Positions 9,969 to 20,366 are shown, numbered from the stretch's first letter. The stretch: 64,000 nt of DNA from Bacteroidales bacterium (GCA_007129255.1 SKVW01000014.1:166-64165); one strand, 5' to 3'. Notes: a model not told the origin generated them from the sequence alone. Numbers and translations are program-made.

Positions 9969-11321
9969 ATGGTTAAACTAAGATTCAGATATGATAATTT
10001 GAAGGCGTTTATTGAAAAGGATCAGATCCGCTTATTTGATGCTGAATTTTCATTGCATCACAAAAACCTATACAGCGGAAAAGGTAAGGGCAGTGAATTT
10101 ACAGGATGGGTGGACTTGCCTTCCAAAACAAGCAATGACCTGTTAAGCCGTATTGAGCAGGATGCACTTAAGATTGCAAAACAGTCAGAAGTATTGGTGG
10201 TAACCGGTATAGGCGGTTCCTATCTGGGGGCCAGGGCTGTTATTGAAGCGTTGTCCAACCCTTTGGACGGGCTGATGGAGAGAACCGGTAAAAAATCGCC
10301 CCTGGTTTTGTATGCCGGCCACCATATGGATGAGGATTACCAGTTTCACCTGATGGATTTGCTGGATCAAAAGGATTATTCCGTAATTGTGATTTCAAAA
10401 TCCGGAACTACAACCGAACCCGCCATTGCTTTTCGCCTGCTCAAAAGCCACCTGGAAAACAAATACGGGAAAGAGGAAGCTGCCGCAAGGGTTTATGCCA
10501 TCACCGATGCTTCCAAAGGGGCACTGAAAAAACTCGCGGATGAAAAAAAATACGCGACTTATGTTATTCCCGATGATGTGGGTGGGCGCTATTCGGTGCT
10601 TACCCCGGTGGGGCTGCTTCCCATTGCTGCCGCAGGATTCAGCATCCATAAGTTGATCGGAGGAGCAAAGAATATGGAAAAATTCCTGAAAGAAAATTCC
10701 GGACTTTCCGATAATCCTGCCGGGCTCTATGCGGTACTTCGCAATGTGCTTTACCAGAAAGGGAAAACCATTGAGATCCTGGCCGGGTATAAACCTTCCC
10801 TGCATTATTTCATTGAATGGTGGAAACAGCTATATGGCGAGAGTGAAGGCAAAGAAGAAAAAGGTATCTTCCCTGCAGGGGCAGGGTTTACCACCGACCT
10901 GCACTCCCTGGGCCAATACATACAGGACGGGCTCAGGAATCTGTTTGAAACGGTGATCAATGTTGAGACCCCGCAGAATGAAGTACAGGTGCCCAATGAC
11001 CCGGATGACCTTGATGGGTTGAACTACCTTGAGGGAAAAAGGATCAGTTATGTTAATGCAATGGCCTCCAAAGCCACCATGCTGGCCCACGTGGATGGGG
11101 GAGTGCCCAATATGGAAATAGTTCTTCCAGAAATCACAGAAGAGACCCTTGGTGAAATGATCTATTTCTTTGAAATGGGCTGTGCCCTCAGCGGTTATAT
11201 ATTGGATGTAAACCCCTTTGACCAGCCGGGGGTGGAGGCTTATAAGAAAAACATGTTTGCCCTTTTGGAAAAACCGGGCTTTGAAGAAGACACCCAGGCA
11301 ATAAAAAAACGGCTCCGGTAA
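9969..11321 (+). CDS. pgi: Glucose-6-phosphate isomerase
   Basis: 450 aa with the PGI signature DDVGGRYSVLTPVGLLP and the ~445-aa form common in Bacteroidota. Confidence 0.9.
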   Translation: MVKLRFRYDNLKAFIEKDQIRLFDAEFSLHHKNLYSGKGKGSEFTGWVDLPSKTSNDLLSRIEQDALKIAKQSEVLVVTGIGGSYLGARAVIEALSNPLDGLMERTGKKSPLVLYAGHHMDEDYQFHLMDLLDQKDYSVIVISKSGTTTEPAIAFRLLKSHLENKYGKEEAAARVYAITDASKGALKKLADEKKYATYVIPDDVGGRYSVLTPVGLLPIAAAGFSIHKLIGGAKNMEKFLKENSGLSDNPAGLYAVLRNVLYQKGKTIEILAGYKPSLHYFIEWWKQLYGESEGKEEKGIFPAGAGFTTDLHSLGQYIQDGLRNLFETVINVETPQNEVQVPNDPDDLDGLNYLEGKRISYVNAMASKATMLAHVDGGVPNMEIVLPEITEETLGEMIYFFEMGCALSGYILDVNPFDQPGVEAYKKNMFALLEKPGFEEDTQAIKKRLR

Positions 11322-11355
11322 GGGGCCGCTTTAAGGTATTTTTTTTAGAGTAGAA

Positions 11356-11802
11356 TTACCTTACCAGAACCATAGAGAATTCAATGGTAAAAGTAACTTC
11401 TTCTCCATCGTCACCTTCTTCGGTGTATTCTGCTTCACTATAACCTTCCAAACGATCCGGGCGTTTTTCCGTAAGTTGAAATACCATCGTTCCTTCAAAA
11501 GGATCGTCCTCTTCAGGTTCATCAAGTTTGATGGTGAGGTTATCCCCAATCAATGTCCACTCAAAAGCGTCCTCTTCTCCATCATCAAGCGTAGCGTAAC
11601 CCGTTCCATCCTCATTAAAGGTAATGGCTTCCAGCTCTTCATTGTCATCGGTCATAAACAACTCTCCGTCTATGTATAGATTTGTTACCATGCTTTGGAC
11701 ATCCCAGGTACCGACAATGGTAAAATCGTCATCGTCGTCACTGCAGGCGGAAAATAAAAATGCCAATGTGCCTAATAGCGCAATTAATTTTAAGTTTTTC
11801 AT
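11356..11802 (-). CDS. Acidic lipoprotein of unknown function
   Basis: MKNLKLIALLGTLAFLFSAC is a signal peptide with a lipobox Cys, followed by a D/E-rich start (SDDDDD). Confidence 0.6.
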   Translation of the reverse strand: MKNLKLIALLGTLAFLFSACSDDDDDFTIVGTWDVQSMVTNLYIDGELFMTDDNEELEAITFNEDGTGYATLDDGEEDAFEWTLIGDNLTIKLDEPEEDDPFEGTMVFQLTEKRPDRLEGYSEAEYTEEGDDGEEVTFTIEFSMVLVR

Positions 11803-11929
11803 AACACTGTTTTTTGTTTTTTAGTTGGTTAACATTAAACAAAGGTATGAATTTTTGGCTAAAATGCGAGGATGTGGGTTAAGAGTTGAAGCAAAACAAG
11901 ATATAATGAGGAGATGGTGTAAATTTTGG

Positions 11930-12508
11930 TTATCCGGAATTTTGCCGATAATAGCAATGCCGGCAAAGGGGTTCATAAGCATCGGTTTCGCCAAGTACCA
12001 CCAGTTTTTCATCCACGATGGTGCGATGAGAATACTGGGCCAGGCTGCCGCATCGCATACAAACGGCATGCACCTTGGTAATGTATTCTGCTGTGGCAAG
12101 CAAAGCAGGCATTGGGCCAAAAGGCTTTCCCTTAAAGTCCATATCCAGTCCGGCCACAATAACCCTGATCCCCGAGTTGGCCAGTTGGTTACAGACATTG
12201 GGCAGTTCCAGATCAAAAAACTGGGCTTCGTCAACGCCTACCACATCTACTTCATTGGCCATCAGCACAATATTGGATGAAGAGGGCACCGGGGTTGACA
12301 TGATCTCGTTGGCGTCGTGAGAAACCACCCTTTCTTCATCATACCGCACATCAATAGCCGGTTTAAAAATCTCCACTTTAAGCCCGGCAATGCGGGCGCG
12401 TTTTAACCTTCGGATCAACTCTTCCGTTTTGCCCGAAAACATGCTGCCACAGATCACCTCAATCCATCCGCGCCCCCCCGAGCGCTCCATGTCATTTTCA
12501 AGAAACAT
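11930..12508 (-). CDS. tdk: Thymidine kinase
   Basis: 192 aa with P-loop [17 protein letters not shown] and C-terminal zinc motifs CMRCG / CRHC. Confidence 0.9.
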   Translation of the reverse strand: MFLENDMERSGGRGWIEVICGSMFSGKTEELIRRLKRARIAGLKVEIFKPAIDVRYDEERVVSHDANEIMSTPVPSSSNIVLMANEVDVVGVDEAQFFDLELPNVCNQLANSGIRVIVAGLDMDFKGKPFGPMPALLATAEYITKVHAVCMRCGSLAQYSHRTIVDEKLVVLGETDAYEPLCRHCYYRQNSG

Positions 12509-12649
12509 GCAATGATTTTTTCTTTATTCTTTCTTACCTTTACACGAAATTTAACCGCCCTTCCGGCACAAAAATAATCAATAACTTTACACAATATTGA
12601 ACTGATTATAACCTTTGTTATTTTAATAACCCATTTGTGATTTTACCCT

Positions 12650-13675
12650 ATGAACCAACCTGAAGCAAAAGATAAAATTGTCAGTTTACTGGAAGAAATC
12701 GTTGAACGCGCACACTTTATCAATCAAAATCACCCCCAAAAAGATCTTTCGATGGATCTGGATACGGTAATGGAAGATCTGCGGTCGCTTTACCGGCAGT
12801 TTCAACTCCTGAAGAAAGAAAATGCGGAACAAAATCAGTTCATTGCTCCGGAGCAAAAGCCCGAAATTACGAAAGACAGCCCGGGCAGTCAGCAAACACC
12901 CGAAGTCAAAACAGAGGAGCCCCGAAAGCATCTTCCTTTCGTTTACGATGAAAGTGAACCCGAACCATCATCAGGTGGGGAAGTAAAGCAACCCGGGCAA
13001 ACAACAGAACAGCCACACACTTCACAGGAAACGGTGAGCGATAAGAAAGATCAACCTGTTGCTTCTCCCCAAACGCCTCAAGAAGAAAAACCGGCATCTC
13101 CGGATAAAAAAACTGGAGAAGAAGAAAAAGAAAAGGAAAAAACACCCGTCCCCGAAGAGCCAGGCGGAAAAGACATGCAGGAAAAACCATTAGAGCAGGA
13201 AGAACCGCAAAAGCCCAGCCTTCAGGAACAAGCCGGCCCTCAAAAACAAATGGAGGAAAAATCCGGTGATTCTTCTGCAGGCAATGGTTCAAAAGCGATC
13301 ATTGACCTTTTTTCAGATTCTCATTCCAATGCCATTGGTGATCAGTACCGTCAGGATGATAACTCCCTGCATCAGCGCATTTCCGGGAAGAAAGAGGACC
13401 AAAGCATTGGGACCCGAATGCAGCAAAAGGGAATCTCCAGCCTTAAGGAAGCCATTGGGGTGAATGACAAATTCCTGTTTATCAATGAGTTGTTCAACGG
13501 GAATATTCAGGCCTACAACGAAGCCATAACAAAACTCAATAACTCCGCCTCTTTGAATGATGCCTTTGAATACCTCAACAGGCTGAACCAGGAATTTGCA
13601 TGGGATGCCAGGCGCTCCGAACAAACCATAGAAAAACTGGCCGCTTTCGTTCAACGAAGGTATGCAGGCAACTAA
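12650..13675 (+). CDS. Hypothetical protein with a long E/P/Q/K-rich disordered centre and conserved-looking termini
   Basis: 341 aa. The central ~150 aa are low-complexity (PEQKPE..EEKEKEKTPVPEEPGG). The C-terminus reads DKFLFINELFNGNIQAYNEAITKLN. I recognise no family. Confidence 0.6.
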   Translation: MNQPEAKDKIVSLLEEIVERAHFINQNHPQKDLSMDLDTVMEDLRSLYRQFQLLKKENAEQNQFIAPEQKPEITKDSPGSQQTPEVKTEEPRKHLPFVYDESEPEPSSGGEVKQPGQTTEQPHTSQETVSDKKDQPVASPQTPQEEKPASPDKKTGEEEKEKEKTPVPEEPGGKDMQEKPLEQEEPQKPSLQEQAGPQKQMEEKSGDSSAGNGSKAIIDLFSDSHSNAIGDQYRQDDNSLHQRISGKKEDQSIGTRMQQKGISSLKEAIGVNDKFLFINELFNGNIQAYNEAITKLNNSASLNDAFEYLNRLNQEFAWDARRSEQTIEKLAAFVQRRYAGN

Positions 13676-13694
13676 GTATACTGAAAAATCTGCC

Positions 13695-14399
13695 ATGTCC
13701 AAACTTTTTCTTGTACCCACTCCTGTTGGCAACCTGGAGGATATAACTTTCAGGGCAATAAAGGTTTTAAAAGAGGTGGATTATGTGCTGGCTGAAGATA
13801 CCCGCAATACCGGCAGGTTATTGCAGCATTACCATATTTCCACCAAAATGCTTTCGCACCATCAGCACAATGAACACAAAGTTTTGGCCTCGGTTTTAGA
13901 AAAGCTGGAATCCGGTATGCGGATTGCGTTGGTCAGTGATGCCGGAACCCCCGGTATTTCCGATCCCGGGTTTTTGCTGGTACGGGCCTGCATCAAAAAA
14001 GGGATTGAGGTGGAATGTTTGCCTGGTGCCACTTCATTTGTTCCCGCCCTGGTCAATTCCGGCCTGCCAAGCGACCGGTTTTGCTTTGAGGGGTTTTTAC
14101 CTGTTAAAAAAGGCAGGAAAACACGCATGGAAGAACTGGCATACGAAAAACGCACCATGGTTTTTTTTGAATCACCCCATCGCCTGGTCAAAACCCTGAA
14201 GTTTTTCGGAGAATTTTTTGGTGAAGATCGGCAGGCAAGCGTATCCAGGGAGATCAGCAAGCTTTTTGAAGAAAATGTCAGGGGTTCCCTGCGTGAACTT
14301 ATACACCACTTTGAGCAGGAACCGGTAAAAGGGGAGATTACCCTTGTGGTGGCCGGCTCAAAATACCAGGACCGGGGGAATCCCGTTAATCCTGTCTGA
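13695..14399 (+). CDS. rsmI: 16S rRNA (cytidine1402-2'-O)-methyltransferase
   Basis: The track ORF starts at 13662; ATG 13695 gives MSKLFLVPTPVGNLEDITFRAIKVLKEVDYVLAEDTRNTGRLL, the canonical RsmI N-terminus. Confidence 0.9.
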   Translation: MSKLFLVPTPVGNLEDITFRAIKVLKEVDYVLAEDTRNTGRLLQHYHISTKMLSHHQHNEHKVLASVLEKLESGMRIALVSDAGTPGISDPGFLLVRACIKKGIEVECLPGATSFVPALVNSGLPSDRFCFEGFLPVKKGRKTRMEELAYEKRTMVFFESPHRLVKTLKFFGEFFGEDRQASVSREISKLFEENVRGSLRELIHHFEQEPVKGEITLVVAGSKYQDRGNPVNPV

Positions 14400-14407
14400 A
14401 AACAAAT

Positions 14408-16198
14408 TTATTCATTAAGTTTAAGCACCGCCATAAAGGCCTGTTGCGGTATTTCAACGTTGCCCACCTGACGCATTCGCTTTTTTCCTTTTTTCTGCTT
14501 TTCCAGCAGTTTTCGCTTACGGGTAATGTCACCACCATAGCACTTGGCGGTAACGTCTTTGCGCAAGGCTTTAACTGTTTCGCGGGCAATGATTTTGGAG
14601 CCGATACCCGCTTGTATGGCAATGTCAAACTGCTGACGGGGGATCAGCTGACGCAGCTTTTCACAGATCTTTTTGCCCAGCTCGTAGGCATTCTCCCGGT
14701 GAATAAGGGCCGACAGGGCATCCACCTGTTCGCCGTTAAGCAAAATGTCCAGCTTTACCAGGTTGGAAGCTTTATAACCTGTGGGAAAGTAATCCAGGGA
14801 GGCATAACCCCTGGAAATGGTTTTCAGGCGGTCGTAAAAGTCAAAAACGATCTCCGAAAGGGGAAGTTCAAAAGTAAGCTCTACCCGGTTGGTGGTCAGG
14901 TAAACCTGGTTTTTTACCACTCCTCGTTTATCCAGGCATAATGACATGACCGCCCCGACAAAATCTGCTTTGGTAATGATCTGTGCGGAAATAAAGGGTT
15001 CCTCCACATAATCCAGGTCAGTTACATCCGGGAGGTCCGAAGGATTGTTTACCAGGATGAATTCTCCTTTTTTGGTGTATGCCTTGTAAGAAACGTTGGG
15101 AACAGTATTGATCACGGTCATTTCAAATTCCCGTTCCAGCCGCTCCTGCACAATTTCCATATGCAGCATGCCCAAAAACCCGCAACGGAACCCAAAACCT
15201 AAGGCAGCAGAGCTTTCAGGCTCAAAAGTAAGGGAAGCATCATTGAGTTGAAGTTTCTCCATGGCGGCCCTGAGGTCTTCATAATCGTCGGTGTCTACCG
15301 GGTAAATTCCTGCAAATACCATGGGCTTTACATTCTCAAAGCCTTTGACGGCTTTGGGAGTGGGGCGTTTAATATGGGTAATGGTATCTCCCACTTTTAC
15401 TTCCCGGGCATCTTTGATCCCGGAGATGATATAACCCACATCTCCTGCATAAATTGTTTTTTTGGGAAGCTGGTTCAACTTAAGCACTCCCACTTCGTCG
15501 GCATCATATTCATGCCCGGTATTCATAAATTTAACCTGGTCTCCTTTGCTGATGGCCCCGTTAAAAATCCGGAAATAGGCTACCACTCCGCGAAAGGGAT
15601 TATAAATGGAATCAAATATCAGTGCCTGCAGCGGGGCCTGGGGGTCACCTTTGGGAGGTGGTACGCGCTCAATGATGGCTTTCATGATAGCATCCACTCC
15701 AAAACCGGTTTTTCCGCTGGCGGGAATGATTTCATCGGGGTCGCAACCGATCAGGTCAACGATCTGTTCGGCCACTTCTTCGGGCATGGCTCCCGGAAGG
15801 TCCATTTTATTTAAAACAGGAATGATCACCAGGTCGTGCTCCAGGGCCAGGTAAAGATTGGAAATGGTCTGGGCTTCAATGCCCTGGGAGGCGTCTACAA
15901 TGAGCAATGCCCCTTCGCAGGCGGCAATGGAGCGTGAAACCTCGTAACTGAAATCCACATGGCCGGGGGTGTCAATAAGATTCAATACATAATGCTCCCC
16001 CTCAACCTCAAAATCCATTTGTATGGCGTGACTCTTGATAGTAATGCCGCGCTCACGCTCAAGGTCCATGTTGTCCAGCAGCTGCTCTTTAAATTCTCTT
16101 TCGGTAATGGTTCGTGTAACCTGAAGCAGGCGGTCGGCAAGTGTGCTTTTGCCATGGTCGATATGAGCGATGATACAAAAATTCCTGATGTTTTTCAT
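14408..16198 (-). CDS. lepA: Elongation factor 4 (LepA)
   Basis: The track start 16207 is TTG; ATG 16198 gives [24 protein letters not shown]. Motifs DTPGH and NKMD are present, as is the LepA C-terminal region. Confidence 0.95.
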   Translation of the reverse strand: MKNIRNFCIIAHIDHGKSTLADRLLQVTRTITEREFKEQLLDNMDLERERGITIKSHAIQMDFEVEGEHYVLNLIDTPGHVDFSYEVSRSIAACEGALLIVDASQGIEAQTISNLYLALEHDLVIIPVLNKMDLPGAMPEEVAEQIVDLIGCDPDEIIPASGKTGFGVDAIMKAIIERVPPPKGDPQAPLQALIFDSIYNPFRGVVAYFRIFNGAISKGDQVKFMNTGHEYDADEVGVLKLNQLPKKTIYAGDVGYIISGIKDAREVKVGDTITHIKRPTPKAVKGFENVKPMVFAGIYPVDTDDYEDLRAAMEKLQLNDASLTFEPESSAALGFGFRCGFLGMLHMEIVQERLEREFEMTVINTVPNVSYKAYTKKGEFILVNNPSDLPDVTDLDYVEEPFISAQIITKADFVGAVMSLCLDKRGVVKNQVYLTTNRVELTFELPLSEIVFDFYDRLKTISRGYASLDYFPTGYKASNLVKLDILLNGEQVDALSALIHRENAYELGKKICEKLRQLIPRQQFDIAIQAGIGSKIIARETVKALRKDVTAKCYGGDITRKRKLLEKQKKGKKRMRQVGNVEIPQQAFMAVLKLNE

Positions 16199-16204
16199 AG
16201 CCTG

Positions 16205-16212
16205 CAAAATTA
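16205..16212 (-). promoter_or_regulatory. -7 box TAATTTTG immediately upstream of the lepA ATG
   Basis: The minus strand reads TAATTTTG-CAGGCT-ATG. The box overlaps the track's TTG start, which argues against that start. Confidence 0.4.
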
Positions 16213-16394
16213 CAACTAAAAACTATATTTTTTACATTTTATTTGTGCTTACAGCCACTGGGGGCCGGGGATTATGTTTAATTTTTACGTTTTGAAATTC
16301 AATTCTTTAAACGGGAGTTCCCCGGTTTTTGTCTTTAATAAAAATCTCCCTGCATAAACCCCGGATACAAAAACCAACATACCCATATTTTTCT

Positions 16395-16402
16395 TAATTT
16401 TG
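16395..16402 (+). promoter_or_regulatory. -7 box TAATTTTG upstream of the T9SS cargo gene
   Basis: Exact TAnnTTTG match 106 nt upstream of ATG 16508. Confidence 0.35.
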
Positions 16403-16507
16403 GCCACCGGAGTTTTTACAAAATAAAAAGCAAAGGCTTACCGTATTAATCATGTAATTAATTAGTGAACGTTTTTTTTATCGGGGGTTTTTAACATCGT
16501 AACCTTT

Positions 16508-18571
16508 ATGGCCTTAATCCGAATCTTTTCTTTCCTCTTTTTCCTCTTAACCGTTTCCGGGGGCTTTTCGCAAATCACCTTTCCCATTGACCAGCACAAC
16601 GGTCAAACCATTGAAACCTGTTCCGGTACATTTGTGGACAGTGGCGGGGATACCCTTACAGCATACGGGACCAATGAAAATTTCTCCCTGACTTTCTGTA
16701 GCTCGGAAGAAGAGAACCCTTTTCTTAAGCTGGACTTTCTGTTTTTTGAGCTCGGACAGGGAGATGTGCTGCATGTATATGACGGGGGTTCTGACCAGGC
16801 TCCTTTGATCATCCAAGCGGGCAACTATGATCTGGATGGAGAAAGTATTGTTTCTTCCGGGGAATGCCTGCATTTTCAATTTGTTTCCTCTCCTTCCGAT
16901 CCCGGGGCGGGATGGTTTGCTCCCATTTCCTGCAAAACCCTTTGTGAGACTTTTGTAGCAGAGATCATTCCGGATGAAAATACTTTTAAATACTGCCCGG
17001 AAACCGGCAGTGTTTCATTCAGCGGGTCGGCTACCTACCAAGGCGACAATGTTGATTATGATCCCACACAGTTTGTTTATGAATGGACTTTCGAAGGAGA
17101 AACTTTCCCGGGCAGCCAGGTTACCCTTTCTTTAATGGAGCCCGGAGCCTACCCCCTTACCTTAAGTGTTGAGGACCCTCAAAATGATTGTACAACGCAG
17201 GTTACAGAAATCCTGATGGTGGGTACGGTTCCCTCTTTTGACGGGACCATAACCACGGCAGATACCACCTGTGTGGGTGATCCGTTTTCCCTTGTGGGAG
17301 AGGTAACCCCCACCACCTGGACCGGTTTCCCTACTGCTGTGGTTGAAACGGTGGCTATCCCCGATGGTACGGGAGAACATTATGAGTCATCACTCGAATT
17401 TGATGTGTTTGATGAGGATGCAGAGATTCTTTCAGCGATTGATTTGGACCGGGTCTGCCTGAACATTGAGCATGTGAGCCATGGTCAGCTGCAGTTTGAG
17501 CTGGAGTGCCCCAACGGTGCCACCGTTATGCTTAAGGATTATGGAAGCGGTACGGCCAATCTTGGAGAGCCCGTGGTTTGGAGTCCCGTACCTCCGGGTG
17601 TTGGATATGAATATTGTTTTACCAATGATGAGCCACAGTATGGCACCATGGCCGAAACCTCACCCCAGTATCACGAATATACCGATACCGACGGGAACTA
17701 TTATTTCAACGCACCCTACCTGCCTCCCGGTACTTATACGCCTGACGAAACCCTGGCGGCGCTGACCGGCTGCCCGCTTAACGGGGAATGGACCCTGCGG
17801 GTAAAAGACAATGTGCCGGGCGACAACGGGCATATGTTTGGCTGGAGCTTGTTTTTTCATGAGGATTTCTATCCTGACTCCCTGATCTTTACCCCGGAAA
17901 TCGTTTTCCAGCAATGGTATATGGGAGATACTCCCCTGGAAGGTAACCCGGCATCGGTTACCCTGGACGATCCCGGTGATTATGAGTTTTGGTTTGTGGC
18001 GGAAGATAATTTTGGTTGTTCTTACGACACCACCCTTTATGTGCATGCGCTGCCTTTGCCGGAAGCAGAAATTGTTTCCGAACTGGAAATGCCCGTCTGC
18101 GAAGGAGACTCTACCCTGTTAACGGTACAACCCCTTAACAACGATGGTCATCACTGGGTTTATCAGTGGATGTATGAAGGAGTGGATATTCCGGATGCCA
18201 CCCACGACACCCTCATGGCCAAGGAACCCGGAAGTTATATAGTAATGGTAATGGATACCCTTACCGGCTGCCAGGAATTCCTGGACTTTCTTTTTGAGGA
18301 TCAGAATTGCGACCTGAATATTCCCAATGTATTTACCCCCAATGCCGATGGGATCAATGATTATTTTGAAATTGAAAACCTGGAGCATTATCCTCAGGCA
18401 CAGATACAGATTTTTAACCGTTGGGGAAAAAAAGTTTTTGAGCATTCGGATTATTATGGCAACTGGTGGGATGGACGCGATCAGCCTGACGGGGTTTATT
18501 ACTATGTGTTGACATACTCCAGGGGAGGGGAGCGGAGATATGCCGAAGGGGTGGTTCACATTATAAGGTGA
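16508..18571 (+). CDS. T9SS-secreted multidomain protein (CUB-like, PKD-like, proprotein-convertase P-domain, type-B gliding-motility C-terminal sorting domain)
   Basis: 687 aa. It has a signal peptide (MALIRIFSFLFFLLTVSGGFSQ), a CUB-like segment (LKLDFLFFELGQGDVLHVYDGGSDQAPL) and a P-domain-like segment (RVCLNIEHVSHGQLQFELECPNGATVMLKD). The C-terminus is NIPNVFTPNADGINDYFEIENLEHYP..IFNRWGKKVFE..WDG..PDGVYYYVL. Confidence 0.8.
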   Translation: MALIRIFSFLFFLLTVSGGFSQITFPIDQHNGQTIETCSGTFVDSGGDTLTAYGTNENFSLTFCSSEEENPFLKLDFLFFELGQGDVLHVYDGGSDQAPLIIQAGNYDLDGESIVSSGECLHFQFVSSPSDPGAGWFAPISCKTLCETFVAEIIPDENTFKYCPETGSVSFSGSATYQGDNVDYDPTQFVYEWTFEGETFPGSQVTLSLMEPGAYPLTLSVEDPQNDCTTQVTEILMVGTVPSFDGTITTADTTCVGDPFSLVGEVTPTTWTGFPTAVVETVAIPDGTGEHYESSLEFDVFDEDAEILSAIDLDRVCLNIEHVSHGQLQFELECPNGATVMLKDYGSGTANLGEPVVWSPVPPGVGYEYCFTNDEPQYGTMAETSPQYHEYTDTDGNYYFNAPYLPPGTYTPDETLAALTGCPLNGEWTLRVKDNVPGDNGHMFGWSLFFHEDFYPDSLIFTPEIVFQQWYMGDTPLEGNPASVTLDDPGDYEFWFVAEDNFGCSYDTTLYVHALPLPEAEIVSELEMPVCEGDSTLLTVQPLNNDGHHWVYQWMYEGVDIPDATHDTLMAKEPGSYIVMVMDTLTGCQEFLDFLFEDQNCDLNIPNVFTPNADGINDYFEIENLEHYPQAQIQIFNRWGKKVFEHSDYYGNWWDGRDQPDGVYYYVLTYSRGGERRYAEGVVHIIR

Positions 18572-18620
18572 CCGGTAAAATTCTCTATTGCCTCACAATA
18601 TTGTTAGAACCATGAAAAAT

Positions 18621-18642
18621 ATTGACGTGCGATTCCGTCAAT
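18621..18642. promoter_or_regulatory. 7-bp inverted repeat ATTGACG-N8-CGTCAAT upstream of the AbgT-family gene
   Basis: Perfect arms at 18621-18627 and 18636-18642. Possibly an operator or a hairpin; function unknown. Confidence 0.2.
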
Positions 18643-18687
18643 TACCATTAATAAACAGATTAATTTTTGTGTTTTGATTGAATACAT

Positions 18688-18695
18688 TAATTTTG
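18688..18695 (+). promoter_or_regulatory. -7 box TAATTTTG upstream of the AbgT-family gene
   Basis: Exact TAnnTTTG match 50 nt upstream of ATG 18745, with TTTG motifs about 20 nt further upstream. Confidence 0.5.
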
Positions 18696-18744
18696 GGCCG
18701 TCCATAAAAATCATTTTCCAAATCATAAACCAATTTAACTCTTT

Positions 18745-20274
18745 ATGTCAACAGAAAATAACCAGAAGCAGGGCATGATGCAGAGGATTCTCAATAAGAT
18801 TGAAGTTGTTGGGAACAAACTGCCTCAGCCTGTGACATTGTTTGCAATTCTGATAGGGATCGTTTTGGTCCTTTCATGGATTTTTGGAAATCTTGGGCTC
18901 AGCGCAGAACATCCCTCACCGGATGTAACCGAACCCATTAAAGCGGTAAACCTTCTCAATGCAGAGGGGATTCAAAAGATCCTGACTTCCATGGTGGAAG
19001 TCTTTGCCCAGTTTCCTCCTTTGGGATTGGTATTGGTCGTAATGTTAGGTATTGGTGTGGCCGAGCGTAGCGGGCTCATTTCCGTTGCCCTCAGGGTTTT
19101 TGTTTCGAAGGTCTCTGCTTCCCTGATCACTTTTTCTATCGTAATAGCAGGTATGGTTAGCTCTGTTGCTGCAGATGCCGGCTATGTGGTGCTCATTCCT
19201 TTAGGTGCTGCCATTTTTAAAGGGATGGGTCGTCACCCCCTTGCTGGACTGGCAGCGGCTTTTGCAGGAGTTTCCGGTGGTTTTGGAGCCAACTTCCTTC
19301 CCACGGGTCTTGACCCGATGATGGCCGCCTTTACACAGTCTGCCGCCACCATTATGGATCCCGCATACACGGTAAACCCCCTTTCCAATTATTACCTGAT
19401 GGCTGCCTCTGTGCCGCTGGTTGGTCTGGCTGGTACATGGGTAACCGAAAAGATCATCGTACCCCGACTCGGCAAATATGAAGGAGAAGATACCGAGGCT
19501 TATGACAATAAATTCACCCCCCTGGAGAAAAGGGGCCTCAAGTGGGCAATGTTTACGGTATTGGCTGTTCTTGCACTCATTGCATTGGCTATTATTCCCT
19601 CCGATGGCGTGCTCAGAGATGCCGAAGGTGGTTTGAATCCCTTCTACAATTCCATCGTTCCGCTGATGTTTATTTTGTTCTTTGTTACCGGTTTGGTTTA
19701 TGGTTTGGTTGCCAAAACCATTAAAGGAGATAAGGATGTTTCCAACATGACGGCCGAATCTATGAGCACCATGGGTGGCTATATTGTGCTGGCGTTTGTG
19801 GCAGCTCACCTGGTGGAGTTCTTTATTTGGTCTAACCTGGGATCTATATTGGCTATTTCGGGTGCTGCGGGATTACAAAATATTGGCTTCGTGGGCATTC
19901 CCCTGTTGGTAGCCTTTATCCTGGTTTCTTCCTTTATTAACCTGATCATTGGCAGTGCATCTGCAAAATGGGCCATCCTGGCGCCAATTTTTGTGCCCAT
20001 GCTCATGCTGATGGGATTTTCGCCCGAGGTTACCCAGGCGGCCTACAGGATCGGTGACTCTTACTCAAATATCTTAACGCCCCTGTTGCCTTACTTCCCG
20101 CTGGTAATTGTTTTTGCACAAAAATACTCCAAAGACATTGGTATCGGTACCATCATTTCGGTAATGTTGCCTTACGCCATTGCTTTTATGATCGTGAGGA
20201 TACCCATGTTCATTGCATGGTTGATGCTTGAAATACCACTTGGTATTGAAGGGCCGATCAGCTATCCTAACTAA
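18745..20274 (+). CDS. AbgT family transporter (p-aminobenzoyl-glutamate / MtrF-type)
   Basis: 509 aa, multi-pass. The N-terminus MQRILNKIEVVGNKLPQPVTLFAILIGIV and overall pattern are typical of the AbgT family. Confidence 0.85.
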   Translation: MSTENNQKQGMMQRILNKIEVVGNKLPQPVTLFAILIGIVLVLSWIFGNLGLSAEHPSPDVTEPIKAVNLLNAEGIQKILTSMVEVFAQFPPLGLVLVVMLGIGVAERSGLISVALRVFVSKVSASLITFSIVIAGMVSSVAADAGYVVLIPLGAAIFKGMGRHPLAGLAAAFAGVSGGFGANFLPTGLDPMMAAFTQSAATIMDPAYTVNPLSNYYLMAASVPLVGLAGTWVTEKIIVPRLGKYEGEDTEAYDNKFTPLEKRGLKWAMFTVLAVLALIALAIIPSDGVLRDAEGGLNPFYNSIVPLMFILFFVTGLVYGLVAKTIKGDKDVSNMTAESMSTMGGYIVLAFVAAHLVEFFIWSNLGSILAISGAAGLQNIGFVGIPLLVAFILVSSFINLIIGSASAKWAILAPIFVPMLMLMGFSPEVTQAAYRIGDSYSNILTPLLPYFPLVIVFAQKYSKDIGIGTIISVMLPYAIAFMIVRIPMFIAWLMLEIPLGIEGPISYPN

Positions 20275-20292
20275 AATAAAATCTAATTTGTT

Positions 20293-20330
20293 AAAACACC
20301 CCGGGAATTTCACCCGGGGTGTTTTGTTTT
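20293..20330 (+). terminator. Rho-independent terminator after the AbgT-family gene
   Basis: ACACCCCGGG (20296-20305) pairs with CCCGGGGTGT (20313-20322) around a 7-nt loop, followed by TTTTGTTTTT. Confidence 0.85.
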
Positions 20331-20358
20331 TGCAATTCATCCTGGTTTTTCATAAAAA

Positions 20359-20366
20359 TAATTTTG
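20359..20366 (+). promoter_or_regulatory. -7 box TAATTTTG upstream of the NTase/phosphoesterase pair
   Basis: Exact TAnnTTTG match 65 nt upstream of ATG 20431. Confidence 0.45.

Noticed and set aside
18686-18699. Exact 14-mer TTAATTTTGGGCCG repeated at 53797-53810, with a near copy at 16394-16406; considered as the end of a mobile element or a shared operator
   Set aside because: The core is the generic TAATTTTG -7 promoter box, which recurs many times in the window. An exact 14-mer repeat is expected by chance a few times in 64 kb. There are no flanking inverted repeats or target duplications.
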